A DNA stretch of 64,000 nucleotides from a virus. Lineage: Duplodnaviria > Heunggongvirae > Uroviricota > Caudoviricetes. The notes under the pieces were generated by a model. The model made no database searches. It was not told the origin of the DNA and saw nothing but the letters and a program-made list of their open reading frames with translations. Location: the IMG/VR virus record IMGVR_UViG_2579779107_000005; one strand, 5' to 3'. How positions within the stretch are numbered: the first letter of the stretch is position 1; every line of letters begins with the position of its first letter. Below are positions 47,067-54,667 of the stretch, one piece after another. The position numbers were made by a program, and so were the translations under genes.

Positions 47067-47721
47067 TGAGGTCAATGACCTCGAGCCCATCTTCGACGTT
47101 GCCGTCCTCGAAGAGGAAGACGACGAGGAGCCGATCGCCAGGACCGAGCCCGCCGAGGTCCCCGAGAAGCTCCCGCAGTCCCCGAACTGGATGGTCAACG
47201 CCGCCCGCTCAATGAGCTGGGACGTGCGGATCGACGCCTACATGCTCTACATCCCGGCCGTCCTGTTCAAGCACGCCAACGACAACCACGCGGCCGGCGA
47301 CGTCCGCTACGCAGCGAAGGAGCACCTCGTCCTCGAAATCGGGGCTCGCCTGCCTGACCGGCGCGCGCGGCTCGGCTTCAAGGCCGTCTACTACGACGGA
47401 AAGTACCAGTGGAGCGAGGTCGCCGATCCCGTCGGCATCTTCCGCGAGCTGCGGTACGACTACACCCCGAGCGCGAACGAGTTGAAGCGCGTGAAGGACG
47501 AGCCCGAGTGGGCATGGAAGGCGCGCGTGAAGCGCATGGAAATCATCGCGGGCCAGCAGGAATACGACTACAACGACGGCGCAGAGCAGAGGCTCCATCG
47601 AGCAGAGATGAAGAACGCCACCGAACTCAAGACGTGGATGAACCAATGGGTTGCGCAGCTCGCGAAGCCCGTGGAGAAGCCCAAGCGCACCACCAAGAAG
47701 AAGGAGAACGAAGCAGCATGA
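47047..47721 (+). CDS. hypothetical protein
   Basis: 224 aa. Acidic N-terminus, basic C-terminus. Confidence 0.45.
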   Translation: MAWDSADEVNDLEPIFDVAVLEEEDDEEPIARTEPAEVPEKLPQSPNWMVNAARSMSWDVRIDAYMLYIPAVLFKHANDNHAAGDVRYAAKEHLVLEIGARLPDRRARLGFKAVYYDGKYQWSEVADPVGIFRELRYDYTPSANELKRVKDEPEWAWKARVKRMEIIAGQQEYDYNDGAEQRLHRAEMKNATELKTWMNQWVAQLAKPVEKPKRTTKKKENEAA

Positions 47722-48197
47722 TCCAGGCCATCAACATCGAGGCCGCCGACCTCGACGGCGCCGACGACAGAAGGTATCAGGACATCCTCACGAAGGTCGC
47801 CTTGCACGACGGCCGCGTGTGGACCCTGATGCTCGAACCCGAGCGCATCGACCGGACCAACGAGCAGCTCCGCGCCCTCAAGTCGTCGCTCGAGCGGCAG
47901 CTCGGATACGCGAAGCGATTCCAGAAGGGCGGCGTCCCCGAGTGGCGTAAGAAGGTCACCAACCTGCTCGCGCACGTCGAGACCTACCTGGCCGACATCT
48001 CCGGCGAGATGAAGCGGCTGGACCGTGAGGAGCTGCAGGAGTCCGCGGTCGGCGAGCTGGAGGAGTGGAAGGGAATCGCCGAGAAGCTCGCTGAGCTCCT
48101 GGTCGACGACCCGATGCTCGAGACCATCCGCCTGCCCCGCGGCCGCATGACCGTGGCCGAGTGGGTCGAGCTGCGCGCAGAGCGGCGGGCGGCATGA
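47718..48197 (+). CDS. hypothetical coiled-coil protein
   Basis: 159 aa ORF. Confidence 0.45.
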   Translation: MIQAINIEAADLDGADDRRYQDILTKVALHDGRVWTLMLEPERIDRTNEQLRALKSSLERQLGYAKRFQKGGVPEWRKKVTNLLAHVETYLADISGEMKRLDREELQESAVGELEEWKGIAEKLAELLVDDPMLETIRLPRGRMTVAEWVELRAERRAA

Positions 48198-48427
48198 GCG
48201 AGCGGATGACCACCGTGCGTCTGCGCACCGACCACCCCGCGTCCGGCGCGGGGCTGATGGACTACGGCCGCAAGACACGCGCCGAAATGATCGCCGCCCT
48301 TCGCAAGGGCGCTGAGCGCGACAAGGCGCGAGCGGACGCGATCCTCGCCGCCTCGGACGAGGAGTTCGTCGTCGAGACCCACACGGGCGTCCTCGTCCGC
48401 CGCAACGTGCAGGAGGTGGTCGACTGA
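48194..48427 (+). CDS. hypothetical protein
   Basis: 77 aa ORF. Confidence 0.35.
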   Translation: MSERMTTVRLRTDHPASGAGLMDYGRKTRAEMIAALRKGAERDKARADAILAASDEEFVVETHTGVLVRRNVQEVVD

Positions 48428-48675
48428 TGGCCTGGTGGAGAAGGCGCGCGCTGAACCGCGCCGAGATGGACCTGTACGCCAAGCTGCAGCGCGTGGCGGC
48501 CACCGATAGCCCGCTGATCGAGACGGGCGGCCGAGGCGACAAGACCCTGCGCGTCGGCCGCTCCCTCGCCAAGCGACGGCTCGCCCTCGTCGACGGCCAC
48601 GTGATCCGGCCGACGCCGGCAGCAATCGAGTTCCGCCGCCTTATCGCGGCCCGACAGAAGATGGGAGTGGCCTGA
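48427..48675 (+). CDS. hypothetical basic protein
   Basis: 82 aa ORF. Confidence 0.35.
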   Translation: MAWWRRRALNRAEMDLYAKLQRVAATDSPLIETGGRGDKTLRVGRSLAKRRLALVDGHVIRPTPAAIEFRRLIAARQKMGVA

Positions 48676-49601
48676 TGCCCTACATCGCCTACCAGGACTA
48701 CAACCCGAAGCCCGAGACGGCAGCGCTGATCCGATGGGCCGACGCGGTGGCGCGCGACTACAAGAGTCGCGGGCTCGACCTCACGCTGCGACAGCTCTAC
48801 TACCAGGGCGTGTCGCAGAACCTCTTCCCGAACAGCGAACGGTCCTACAAGAACCTCGGCAATGCGATCACCATGGGGCGACTCGGGGGCCGATTCGACT
48901 GGGACCTGCTGGAGGACCGTACCCGCAACGCGGGCAACACAGCCTGGTTCGGTCGCGAGATTCCGACGATCCAGTCCCTCATCGAGAAGACCCGCTGGCA
49001 GCGGACCCTCGACCCGTGGGCCGGACAGGAACGCCGCATCGAGGTCTGGGTCGAGAAGCAGGCGCTCGAGCAGGTCGCTCAACGCGCCGCGCAGGAGTGG
49101 CGCGTCCCCTACCTCGCATGCAAGGGGTATATGAGCGCGTCCGAGATGTGGGACGCGGGCTACAACCGTCTCGGCGACTACATCGCCGAGGGGCACAGCC
49201 CGCTCATTCTCCACATCGGCGACCACGACCCGTCCGGCATCGACATGACCCGAGATATCGAGGAGCGCCTCAGCCTCTTCGCGGGCGGCAGCGTCGAGGT
49301 GCGTCGCCTCGCGCTGAACTGGGACCAGATCGAGGCTTACAACCCGCCGCCGAACCCCGCGAAGCTCAGCGACTCGCGCGCCAAGGGCTACATCCAGGAG
49401 TACGGCAGCAGTTCTTGGGAGCTGGACGCTCTCCGGCCGGAGCTGCTCATTCAGATCCTCCAGGACGAGATTCGGGGCGAGGTCGATCAGGAGATGTGGG
49501 ACGCGAGGATGGCCGAGGAGGACGCTGCAATCGCCGAGATGAAGCACGTCGCCGATCGCTGGGATGACATCGCCGAGTTCCTCGCCGGAGGTGCCGAATG
49601 A
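48675..49601 (+). CDS. Toprim-domain protein (putative primase/nuclease-type)
   Basis: Conserved Glu in IEVWVEKQA and a DxD motif LILHIGDHDPSGIDM about 75 aa later. Spacing fits a Toprim fold. Confidence 0.4.
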   Translation: MPYIAYQDYNPKPETAALIRWADAVARDYKSRGLDLTLRQLYYQGVSQNLFPNSERSYKNLGNAITMGRLGGRFDWDLLEDRTRNAGNTAWFGREIPTIQSLIEKTRWQRTLDPWAGQERRIEVWVEKQALEQVAQRAAQEWRVPYLACKGYMSASEMWDAGYNRLGDYIAEGHSPLILHIGDHDPSGIDMTRDIEERLSLFAGGSVEVRRLALNWDQIEAYNPPPNPAKLSDSRAKGYIQEYGSSSWELDALRPELLIQILQDEIRGEVDQEMWDARMAEEDAAIAEMKHVADRWDDIAEFLAGGAE

Positions 49602-49852
49602 AGGACATGAGAGGTGCGGACGTGGAGGTCGGCGACAAGCTCGTCGTTGCGATGCGCGAGGGCAACCTCGCACACCTCCGCATTGCGCGGGTGACGGGCT
49701 TCGGTTCGCGCGGATCGTACGGCACGCCGGACCCGACGGTGCTCGTCGACTGGCTGGAGGTCGACGGCTGGCGGCCGGCCGGTGGCAGCGGCTACATTTT
49801 CGCGAAGCGCATGGGCTCCGTGCTCATCCTCGAGAAGGGAGGGGCGGTATGA
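49598..49852 (+). CDS. hypothetical protein
   Basis: 84 aa ORF. Confidence 0.35.
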   Translation: MKDMRGADVEVGDKLVVAMREGNLAHLRIARVTGFGSRGSYGTPDPTVLVDWLEVDGWRPAGGSGYIFAKRMGSVLILEKGGAV

Positions 49853-50115
49853 GCCTCGTCGACCGCACCAATGAGACCATCGCGCTCAGCTTGCATCGGC
49901 CGATGCTCGATGACTTCCCGCCCTACGCTCCCGTACATCCGGCGTCCCTCGACGTGGACGCCGACAGCGACTCCAGCTTCGACCCGAGTCACTGGGTGCA
50001 TGTCGCATTGACGGACGAGGATCACGACAGCGACCGGATCAAGCTCACCTACGAGGAGGCCGGCCTGCTTCACGACCGCCTCGGGCTGATCCTTGGGCGG
50101 GAGGCCGTATCGTGA
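49849..50115 (+). CDS. hypothetical acidic protein
   Basis: 88 aa ORF. Confidence 0.35.
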   Translation: MSLVDRTNETIALSLHRPMLDDFPPYAPVHPASLDVDADSDSSFDPSHWVHVALTDEDHDSDRIKLTYEEAGLLHDRLGLILGREAVS

Positions 50116-50534
50116 GCGCTTGGCACTACGGCCGCTCCTTCGAGGGTCACTGGATGGAGGACGACTGCCCGTGCCCGCAAGAGCCGTGTGGACTCGTCTC
50201 GAAGCCCGTGGAGGAGTGCGACCAGCACCCGCTCGGTCGATTCAAGACGATCCGCCAGTCTCACCCCGCGGAGCGCTGCCCCGCGCGCTTCGACGGCGCG
50301 ATCGAGTCCTTCGTCAGGTCCGTGCTCGAGAACGAGTACGCGCAGATCGAAGCAGACTTGCTCGCGATCCCCGGCGTGCACCGTGAGATGACCCAGGCCG
50401 AGGCGCTCGAGTTGGGGCTCGAGGTCTGCTTCCAGCGCTCCAGGGAGCCGTTCCGCTCCGAGTACCGAGGCATCCGCCGGCGCGGCGAGTGGGTCGTCGA
50501 CCATCACCCCGAGTGGGGGCCGGTGCGCGGATGA
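50112..50534 (+). CDS. hypothetical Cys-rich protein
   Basis: 140 aa with DDCPCPQEPCG ... ECDQHP ... ERCP. Confidence 0.4.
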   Translation: MSAWHYGRSFEGHWMEDDCPCPQEPCGLVSKPVEECDQHPLGRFKTIRQSHPAERCPARFDGAIESFVRSVLENEYAQIEADLLAIPGVHREMTQAEALELGLEVCFQRSREPFRSEYRGIRRRGEWVVDHHPEWGPVRG

Positions 50535-51001
50535 GCGGCAGGCTTGAGACCTTCCTCGTGCTCGACCCTGGCGGGACGACGGGCTGGTCCACCTGGCTCC
50601 TGCCGGCGGACGGCCCGCTCGAGCCGATCGACCACGGAATGATCCCCGGCGGCCTGCACGGGTTCATCCGGTGGTGGCGAGACATCCACGACTCGGACCC
50701 CGGGTTCGACTTCGTGGTGTCGGAGTCGTTCATCCTCGACGGCCGCACAGCGAAGCCGGACATCACCCCGCTGCACATCGAAGGAGCGCTGGCCGTGTTC
50801 TGCTCGGAGCTGGGGCTGCCGCTCTACTACCAGCGTAACGTCTACAAGGCCCACGCGCCGGACGAGCTGCTCCGACGGCTCGGTTACTACTGGCCGGGCG
50901 CCGGTCATGACCGCGACAGCGCCCGCCACGCCATCGCGTACGCCCTGACCCAGCGGCACATGCCGACCCTCATGGCGATCCACCCGCCGCCTGCGCGATA
51001 G
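50531..51001 (+). CDS. RuvC-like Holliday junction resolvase
   Basis: 156 aa. N-terminal LVLDPGGTTGWS (RuvC-type first Asp motif) and C-terminal DSARHAIAYAL. Confidence 0.5.
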   Translation: MSGRLETFLVLDPGGTTGWSTWLLPADGPLEPIDHGMIPGGLHGFIRWWRDIHDSDPGFDFVVSESFILDGRTAKPDITPLHIEGALAVFCSELGLPLYYQRNVYKAHAPDELLRRLGYYWPGAGHDRDSARHAIAYALTQRHMPTLMAIHPPPAR

Positions 51002-51010
51002 CTGGCAAAC

Positions 51011-51048
51011 GAGAAGCCCCCGGCATTGTGCCGGGGGCTTCTTCGTGT
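51011..51048. terminator. bidirectional rho-independent terminator at convergent junction
   Basis: GAAGCCCCCGG-CATTGTG-CCGGGGGCTTC with T-rich flanks on both strands. Lies between the plus early block and the minus late/lysis block. Confidence 0.6.
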
Positions 51049-51059
51049 TGGTCGGGCGG

Positions 51060-51380
51060 TCAGGCGGACAGGTGCCTCTTGGCGATGAAGCTGCTGATCG
51101 CCAGCAGCAGGGACGCGACGGACGCGACGTACAGCGCCGGCTGGCCGTCGAGGAAGCCGGCGGCGGTCGCGCCGACCGTGCCCACGGCGCCGAGCCACTT
51201 GCCGGTCTCGTAGATCGCGGCGCGGGCCTTCGCGGGGAGCTTCGACTCCACGACGTCGGCCACCGCATCGACGGTGCCGTTCTCGCTGGCGCCCTCCACG
51301 ATGTCCTTGAGCTTGTCGATGCCGTCAGGGGTGATTTCGTGCTTGCCCACGCGCTCTCTTTCTACTGGCAGGAATCGCAC
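51060..51380 (-). CDS. small membrane protein (holin-like)
   Basis: 106 aa. C-terminal TM segment (LYVASVASLLLAISSFIA). Last gene of the minus late block. Confidence 0.4.
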   Translation of the reverse strand: MRFLPVERERVGKHEITPDGIDKLKDIVEGASENGTVDAVADVVESKLPAKARAAIYETGKWLGAVGTVGATAAGFLDGQPALYVASVASLLLAISSFIAKRHLSA

Positions 51381-51478
51381 TGCAGTGCGTCCATCGGGTC
51401 GGTCGGGACGAAGTAACCGCCCGCGGTCTCGTTGCTGTTCTCGTTCATGGCCTCGTAATTCTCTCGCGGTTCTGCCCG

Positions 51479-52846
51479 CTAATCCAGAAATTCAGCGCTC
51501 GCGCGGAACTGCTGGCCCTGGTGGATCGTGAAGCCGTCGATGATCTGCGGCAGCTCGAAGTGGAACTCGCCCGACTCCTTGAAGCGGATCACGGCGACGC
51601 CCTGCTGCCAGTTCTCGAAGACCTCGGCCGAGCGCCCGTCGGCACCGATCGCACCGTTGACGCTGGGGACCGCGCCGTCGACACGGCAGAGGCAGCCGGG
51701 GTTGATCGCCACCGAGCGAATCGGGCCGAGACGGTCGTAGGTCGTCTTGGACTGCGCCTCGAGGCGGTGAGTGTGGCCGAACGCACGCGAGAAGTGCGGC
51801 GTCTCGTTCGTGTACTTCTCGGCCGTCGACCCGGAACTGCGGACCTTCGTGCCGTGCTCACAGCGGAGCTGGTCGTTGACCCACCAGTGCGACGTCGGGT
51901 AGGCGTCCTTGTAGATGACGTCGAACTCATCCAGGCGCAGCAGGTTCGGCAGACTCATCACCGGCCAGGACTCCGGCATGTTGCCCTTGCGGAGGCCGAA
52001 CGCGGAGACGGCGTTGGTTTCGACGAAGTTCTGCATCCGCTTGTCGTGGTTGCCCTCGATCCAGACGACCTTGCCGGGGGTGGCGGAGCGCAGTTCGGCG
52101 GCAAGGAGGGTGGTGCGGTCGATGGCCGGCTGCGTGGTGAGAGCGAATCCGGCCTCCTGTGCCCAGCGTGACTGCGAGGCAAGGTCGATGATGTCGCCCA
52201 TGACGACAGTCTGTGCCGGCCGCTCGGCAGCGACGATCTGCAGGAAGATGTCGATGGCCGCCTCGTCGTGGAACGGCTCCAGGGAGCCGTCGTCGAGCCG
52301 ACGGAAGCCGATCTGCGTGTCGGCCGCGAGCACCGCGGTCTTCCACTGTCCCCCGAGCGCCGTCGACCGCGGCTTGGGTGCCTTCACCTTGAGCGCAGGA
52401 CCGCGGTCGATCGGCTGCCAGGCAGGGCCTGCCGTGGCCTCCGGCTTGCGGGTGGCCGAGAAGCGATTGGCGTACAGCGTCTTGGTCACCTGGTTCTTGG
52501 TGTGCTGATTCCACACCGAGTGCCCGAACGAGTAGGTGAACTGCTCCGGGTCGTGGCCGTCCTTGCGGAGCTTGTCGAGCCACCAGCTCAGCGGCAGGAT
52601 GCGGTTGTAGACGACCTCGTAGGTGAGGTTGCCCTTCTCGTCCTGCCCGAACACGTCGCGCACCGGCTGGTCGTCGGCAGCTTCGGCGGCCTCCGCTTCC
52701 TGCGCCCGGAGCCGGTTGCGGTACTTCGAGATGGTGGCCTGGGCCACGTCCCACTTGAGTGCGAGGGCGGCCTGGGGGGCGTCTCCGCGCAGGTCGTCCA
52801 GGAACTCCTGGTTGTTGAGCAGGTCGATGGCCCTGGGGTCGTGCAA
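51479..52846 (-). CDS. calcineurin-like metallophosphoesterase with N-terminal HTH
   Basis: GDIIDL and GNHD metallophosphatase motifs. N-terminal helix-turn-helix-like segment. Confidence 0.65.
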   Translation of the reverse strand: MHDPRAIDLLNNQEFLDDLRGDAPQAALALKWDVAQATISKYRNRLRAQEAEAAEAADDQPVRDVFGQDEKGNLTYEVVYNRILPLSWWLDKLRKDGHDPEQFTYSFGHSVWNQHTKNQVTKTLYANRFSATRKPEATAGPAWQPIDRGPALKVKAPKPRSTALGGQWKTAVLAADTQIGFRRLDDGSLEPFHDEAAIDIFLQIVAAERPAQTVVMGDIIDLASQSRWAQEAGFALTTQPAIDRTTLLAAELRSATPGKVVWIEGNHDKRMQNFVETNAVSAFGLRKGNMPESWPVMSLPNLLRLDEFDVIYKDAYPTSHWWVNDQLRCEHGTKVRSSGSTAEKYTNETPHFSRAFGHTHRLEAQSKTTYDRLGPIRSVAINPGCLCRVDGAVPSVNGAIGADGRSAEVFENWQQGVAVIRFKESGEFHFELPQIIDGFTIHQGQQFRASAEFLD

Positions 52847-52869
52847 GCTGGTCCTCCTGAGTTAGCCGG

Positions 52870-53196
52870 CTACTTGGCGATCGCGGATGCGAGCTGCGAC
52901 AGCGTGACGAACAGGCCGACGCCGGTTCCGCACGCGGCGAGGATCGCGGCGATGCCGCCTACGACGACGTACCAGGGAGCGCGTGGGCGCTCCCTGGACT
53001 CGATGACGGTGAGGCGCGTCTTCACGCCCTCGATTTCGGTGCGGTTGGTGACGTTCTCGGCGCGCACGTCGTCGACGGCCTTGACCTGCTCGGCCTTGAA
53101 GTCGGTGAACGCCTGCAAGATGTTGCGCTGCCCTTCCTGAACCACGCCGATTGCGACGGCGAGGCCGGTGAAGTCCTTGGGAGTCTCGTCGCCCAC
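52870..53196 (-). CDS. holin-like membrane protein
   Basis: About 108 aa. C-terminal TM helix (WYVVVGGIAAILAACGTGVGLFVTL). Immediately downstream of the endolysin. The PRS-rich upstream part of the ORF-track frame is an artefact. Confidence 0.45.
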   Translation of the reverse strand: MGDETPKDFTGLAVAIGVVQEGQRNILQAFTDFKAEQVKAVDDVRAENVTNRTEIEGVKTRLTVIESRERPRAPWYVVVGGIAAILAACGTGVGLFVTLSQLASAIAK

Positions 53197-53197
53197 G

Positions 53198-54037
53198 TCA
53201 GAGACCGAGGGCCTTCCAGGTCTTGTCGCCCACGATCCCGTCGACGTAGAGGCCGGCGCGACGCTGGAACTCCCGCACCGCGGCGTCCGTGTTCGAGCCG
53301 AAGTCACCGTCGAGCACGAGGTTGCCAGCGTAGAGCGGGTAGACGGTCTTGAGTCGGGTCTGCAGGTCCTTGACGTCCTGACCCTTCGAGCCCTTCTTGA
53401 TCTGCGGGCGACCAGAGGCGGTGGGCGCGGGGTTCGCGACCGCCGGTGCACCGCCGAGGGCGGCCTCGGACTTCGGGCCAAAGAGGCCGTCGACCGTGAG
53501 GCCGTTCTTGCTCTGGAAGTCGCGTAGGGCGGCAACCGTGGTGGCGCCGATCTTGTCGTCGACGGCGAGCTTGTAGCCCTTGGCGTTGAGCTTGGTCTGC
53601 ACCCCGGCGCCGTAGCCGGGCGTGATGGTGGAGCCAACGATGACCGTGCGGACCCAGTGCCAGCTCTCGCCGGACGACTTGCCCTGCACGTTGTCGAAGC
53701 CGAAGCGGGCGGCGTTCTTGTCGAGCCACGCTTTGACGCCGGCGCCCATGTAGACGTCGACGGCGCAGCCGAGGCCGTGGTTGGAGAAGCCGGGGGTCGC
53801 GGCGACGGGGCCGCCCGCCTTCGCGCGACGGTCGGCCTCCCGCTGTCCGGCGAGGTCGCGGTAGCAGGACGGTACGCCGTCGTCTGCCGCGGGGCGGAGC
53901 GTGATGCCGTCCGAGGCTGCAGCCGCCACCATCGCGGCCCACTGGGCAGCCGTCTGCCGCTCGAGCACCTGCCCGGGTGCGCCGTTAGCCGCCTGCACCA
54001 GTTCGGATGCGGGAATCTGTCCGTTCGCGTACGTCAC
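53198..54037 (-). CDS. endolysin: M15 (VanY-like) peptidase with two peptidoglycan-binding domains
   Basis: SNHGLGCAVDV zinc-binding motif plus downstream His. Two PG_binding_1-like repeats (TVAALRDFQSKNGLTVDGLFGPKSEAAL; DAAVREFQRRAGLYVDGIVGDKTWKAL). GTG start at 54037 with GGAAGGA RBS. The N-terminal half of the 438-aa track ORF is an artefact. Confidence 0.75.
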   Translation of the reverse strand: MTYANGQIPASELVQAANGAPGQVLERQTAAQWAAMVAAAASDGITLRPAADDGVPSCYRDLAGQREADRRAKAGGPVAATPGFSNHGLGCAVDVYMGAGVKAWLDKNAARFGFDNVQGKSSGESWHWVRTVIVGSTITPGYGAGVQTKLNAKGYKLAVDDKIGATTVAALRDFQSKNGLTVDGLFGPKSEAALGGAPAVANPAPTASGRPQIKKGSKGQDVKDLQTRLKTVYPLYAGNLVLDGDFGSNTDAAVREFQRRAGLYVDGIVGDKTWKALGL

Positions 54038-54072
54038 GAGTATCCTTCCGTCACCAGGGAGTCTACAGCGCA

Positions 54073-54096
54073 CTCCCAGGAAACGCCCAGAATCAG
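54073..54096 (-). promoter_or_regulatory. late-gene upstream motif (CTCCCAGGAAACGCCCAGAATCAG)
   Basis: Lies 35-55 nt upstream of the endolysin GTG and abuts the upstream gene's stop. Confidence 0.4.
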
Positions 54097-54641
54097 AGCT
54101 TGACGATGTACGAGACGGTCGCGTAGGGCGGCATGTTGTTGTGTGCCTTGCCGCCGCCGGCCGCATCCGTGGAGATGCCCTGTGGGTAGGCACTGGAGCC
54201 GCCGTCGCTCGAGTAGTCCCGCCGGATGCCGGGGGAGCCGTTGTTGGCGGACACGTTCTGCTTGTGTGCGTGGGAGGGCATCTCGTCGACAGTGAGGACG
54301 TGACTCTCCTCGCCGCCCGTGAGCCCGGGCTTGTTGTAGGTGAGGTTGTTGACGTCGATGCCGAGCGGGAAGCGCTTGACGAGGTTCGGTACCCGGAAGG
54401 AGGCGCCGGAGCCGCCGTGCGCGTATCCGATCGCGGCGAAAAGCTTCGGGTAGTCGGCGGTGGCGTACTGCTTCCCGTCGCAGAGGAGGTAGCCGACAGG
54501 CGCGGTCGCGCCACCGTACGCCAGGACGGAGCCGGAGGGGACGGCGGCCGAATCGATGGCGGCCTGGACAGACTGCGCGAAGACCGAGAAGAGGTCCTTG
54601 AGCTTGCCGATGCGACCGGAGGTGGGTACTGCGATGCCCAT
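54093..54641 (-). CDS. phage tail collar domain protein (tail fibre-associated)
   Basis: Tail-collar signature GYLLCDGKQYATADYPKLFAAIG ... FRVPNLVKRFPLG. Confidence 0.65.
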   Translation of the reverse strand: MGIAVPTSGRIGKLKDLFSVFAQSVQAAIDSAAVPSGSVLAYGGATAPVGYLLCDGKQYATADYPKLFAAIGYAHGGSGASFRVPNLVKRFPLGIDVNNLTYNKPGLTGGEESHVLTVDEMPSHAHKQNVSANNGSPGIRRDYSSDGGSSAYPQGISTDAAGGGKAHNNMPPYATVSYIVKL

Positions 54642-54667
54642 TTAGCGGGCTCCTTTCGTGGCGTTGA

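Noticed and set aside
53198-54514. 438-aa version of the endolysin ORF
   Set aside because: The N-terminal 159 aa are Ser/Thr/Pro/Arg-rich and overlap the tail-collar gene. The GTG at 54037 with a GGAAGGA RBS gives a coherent M15-PGBD endolysin.
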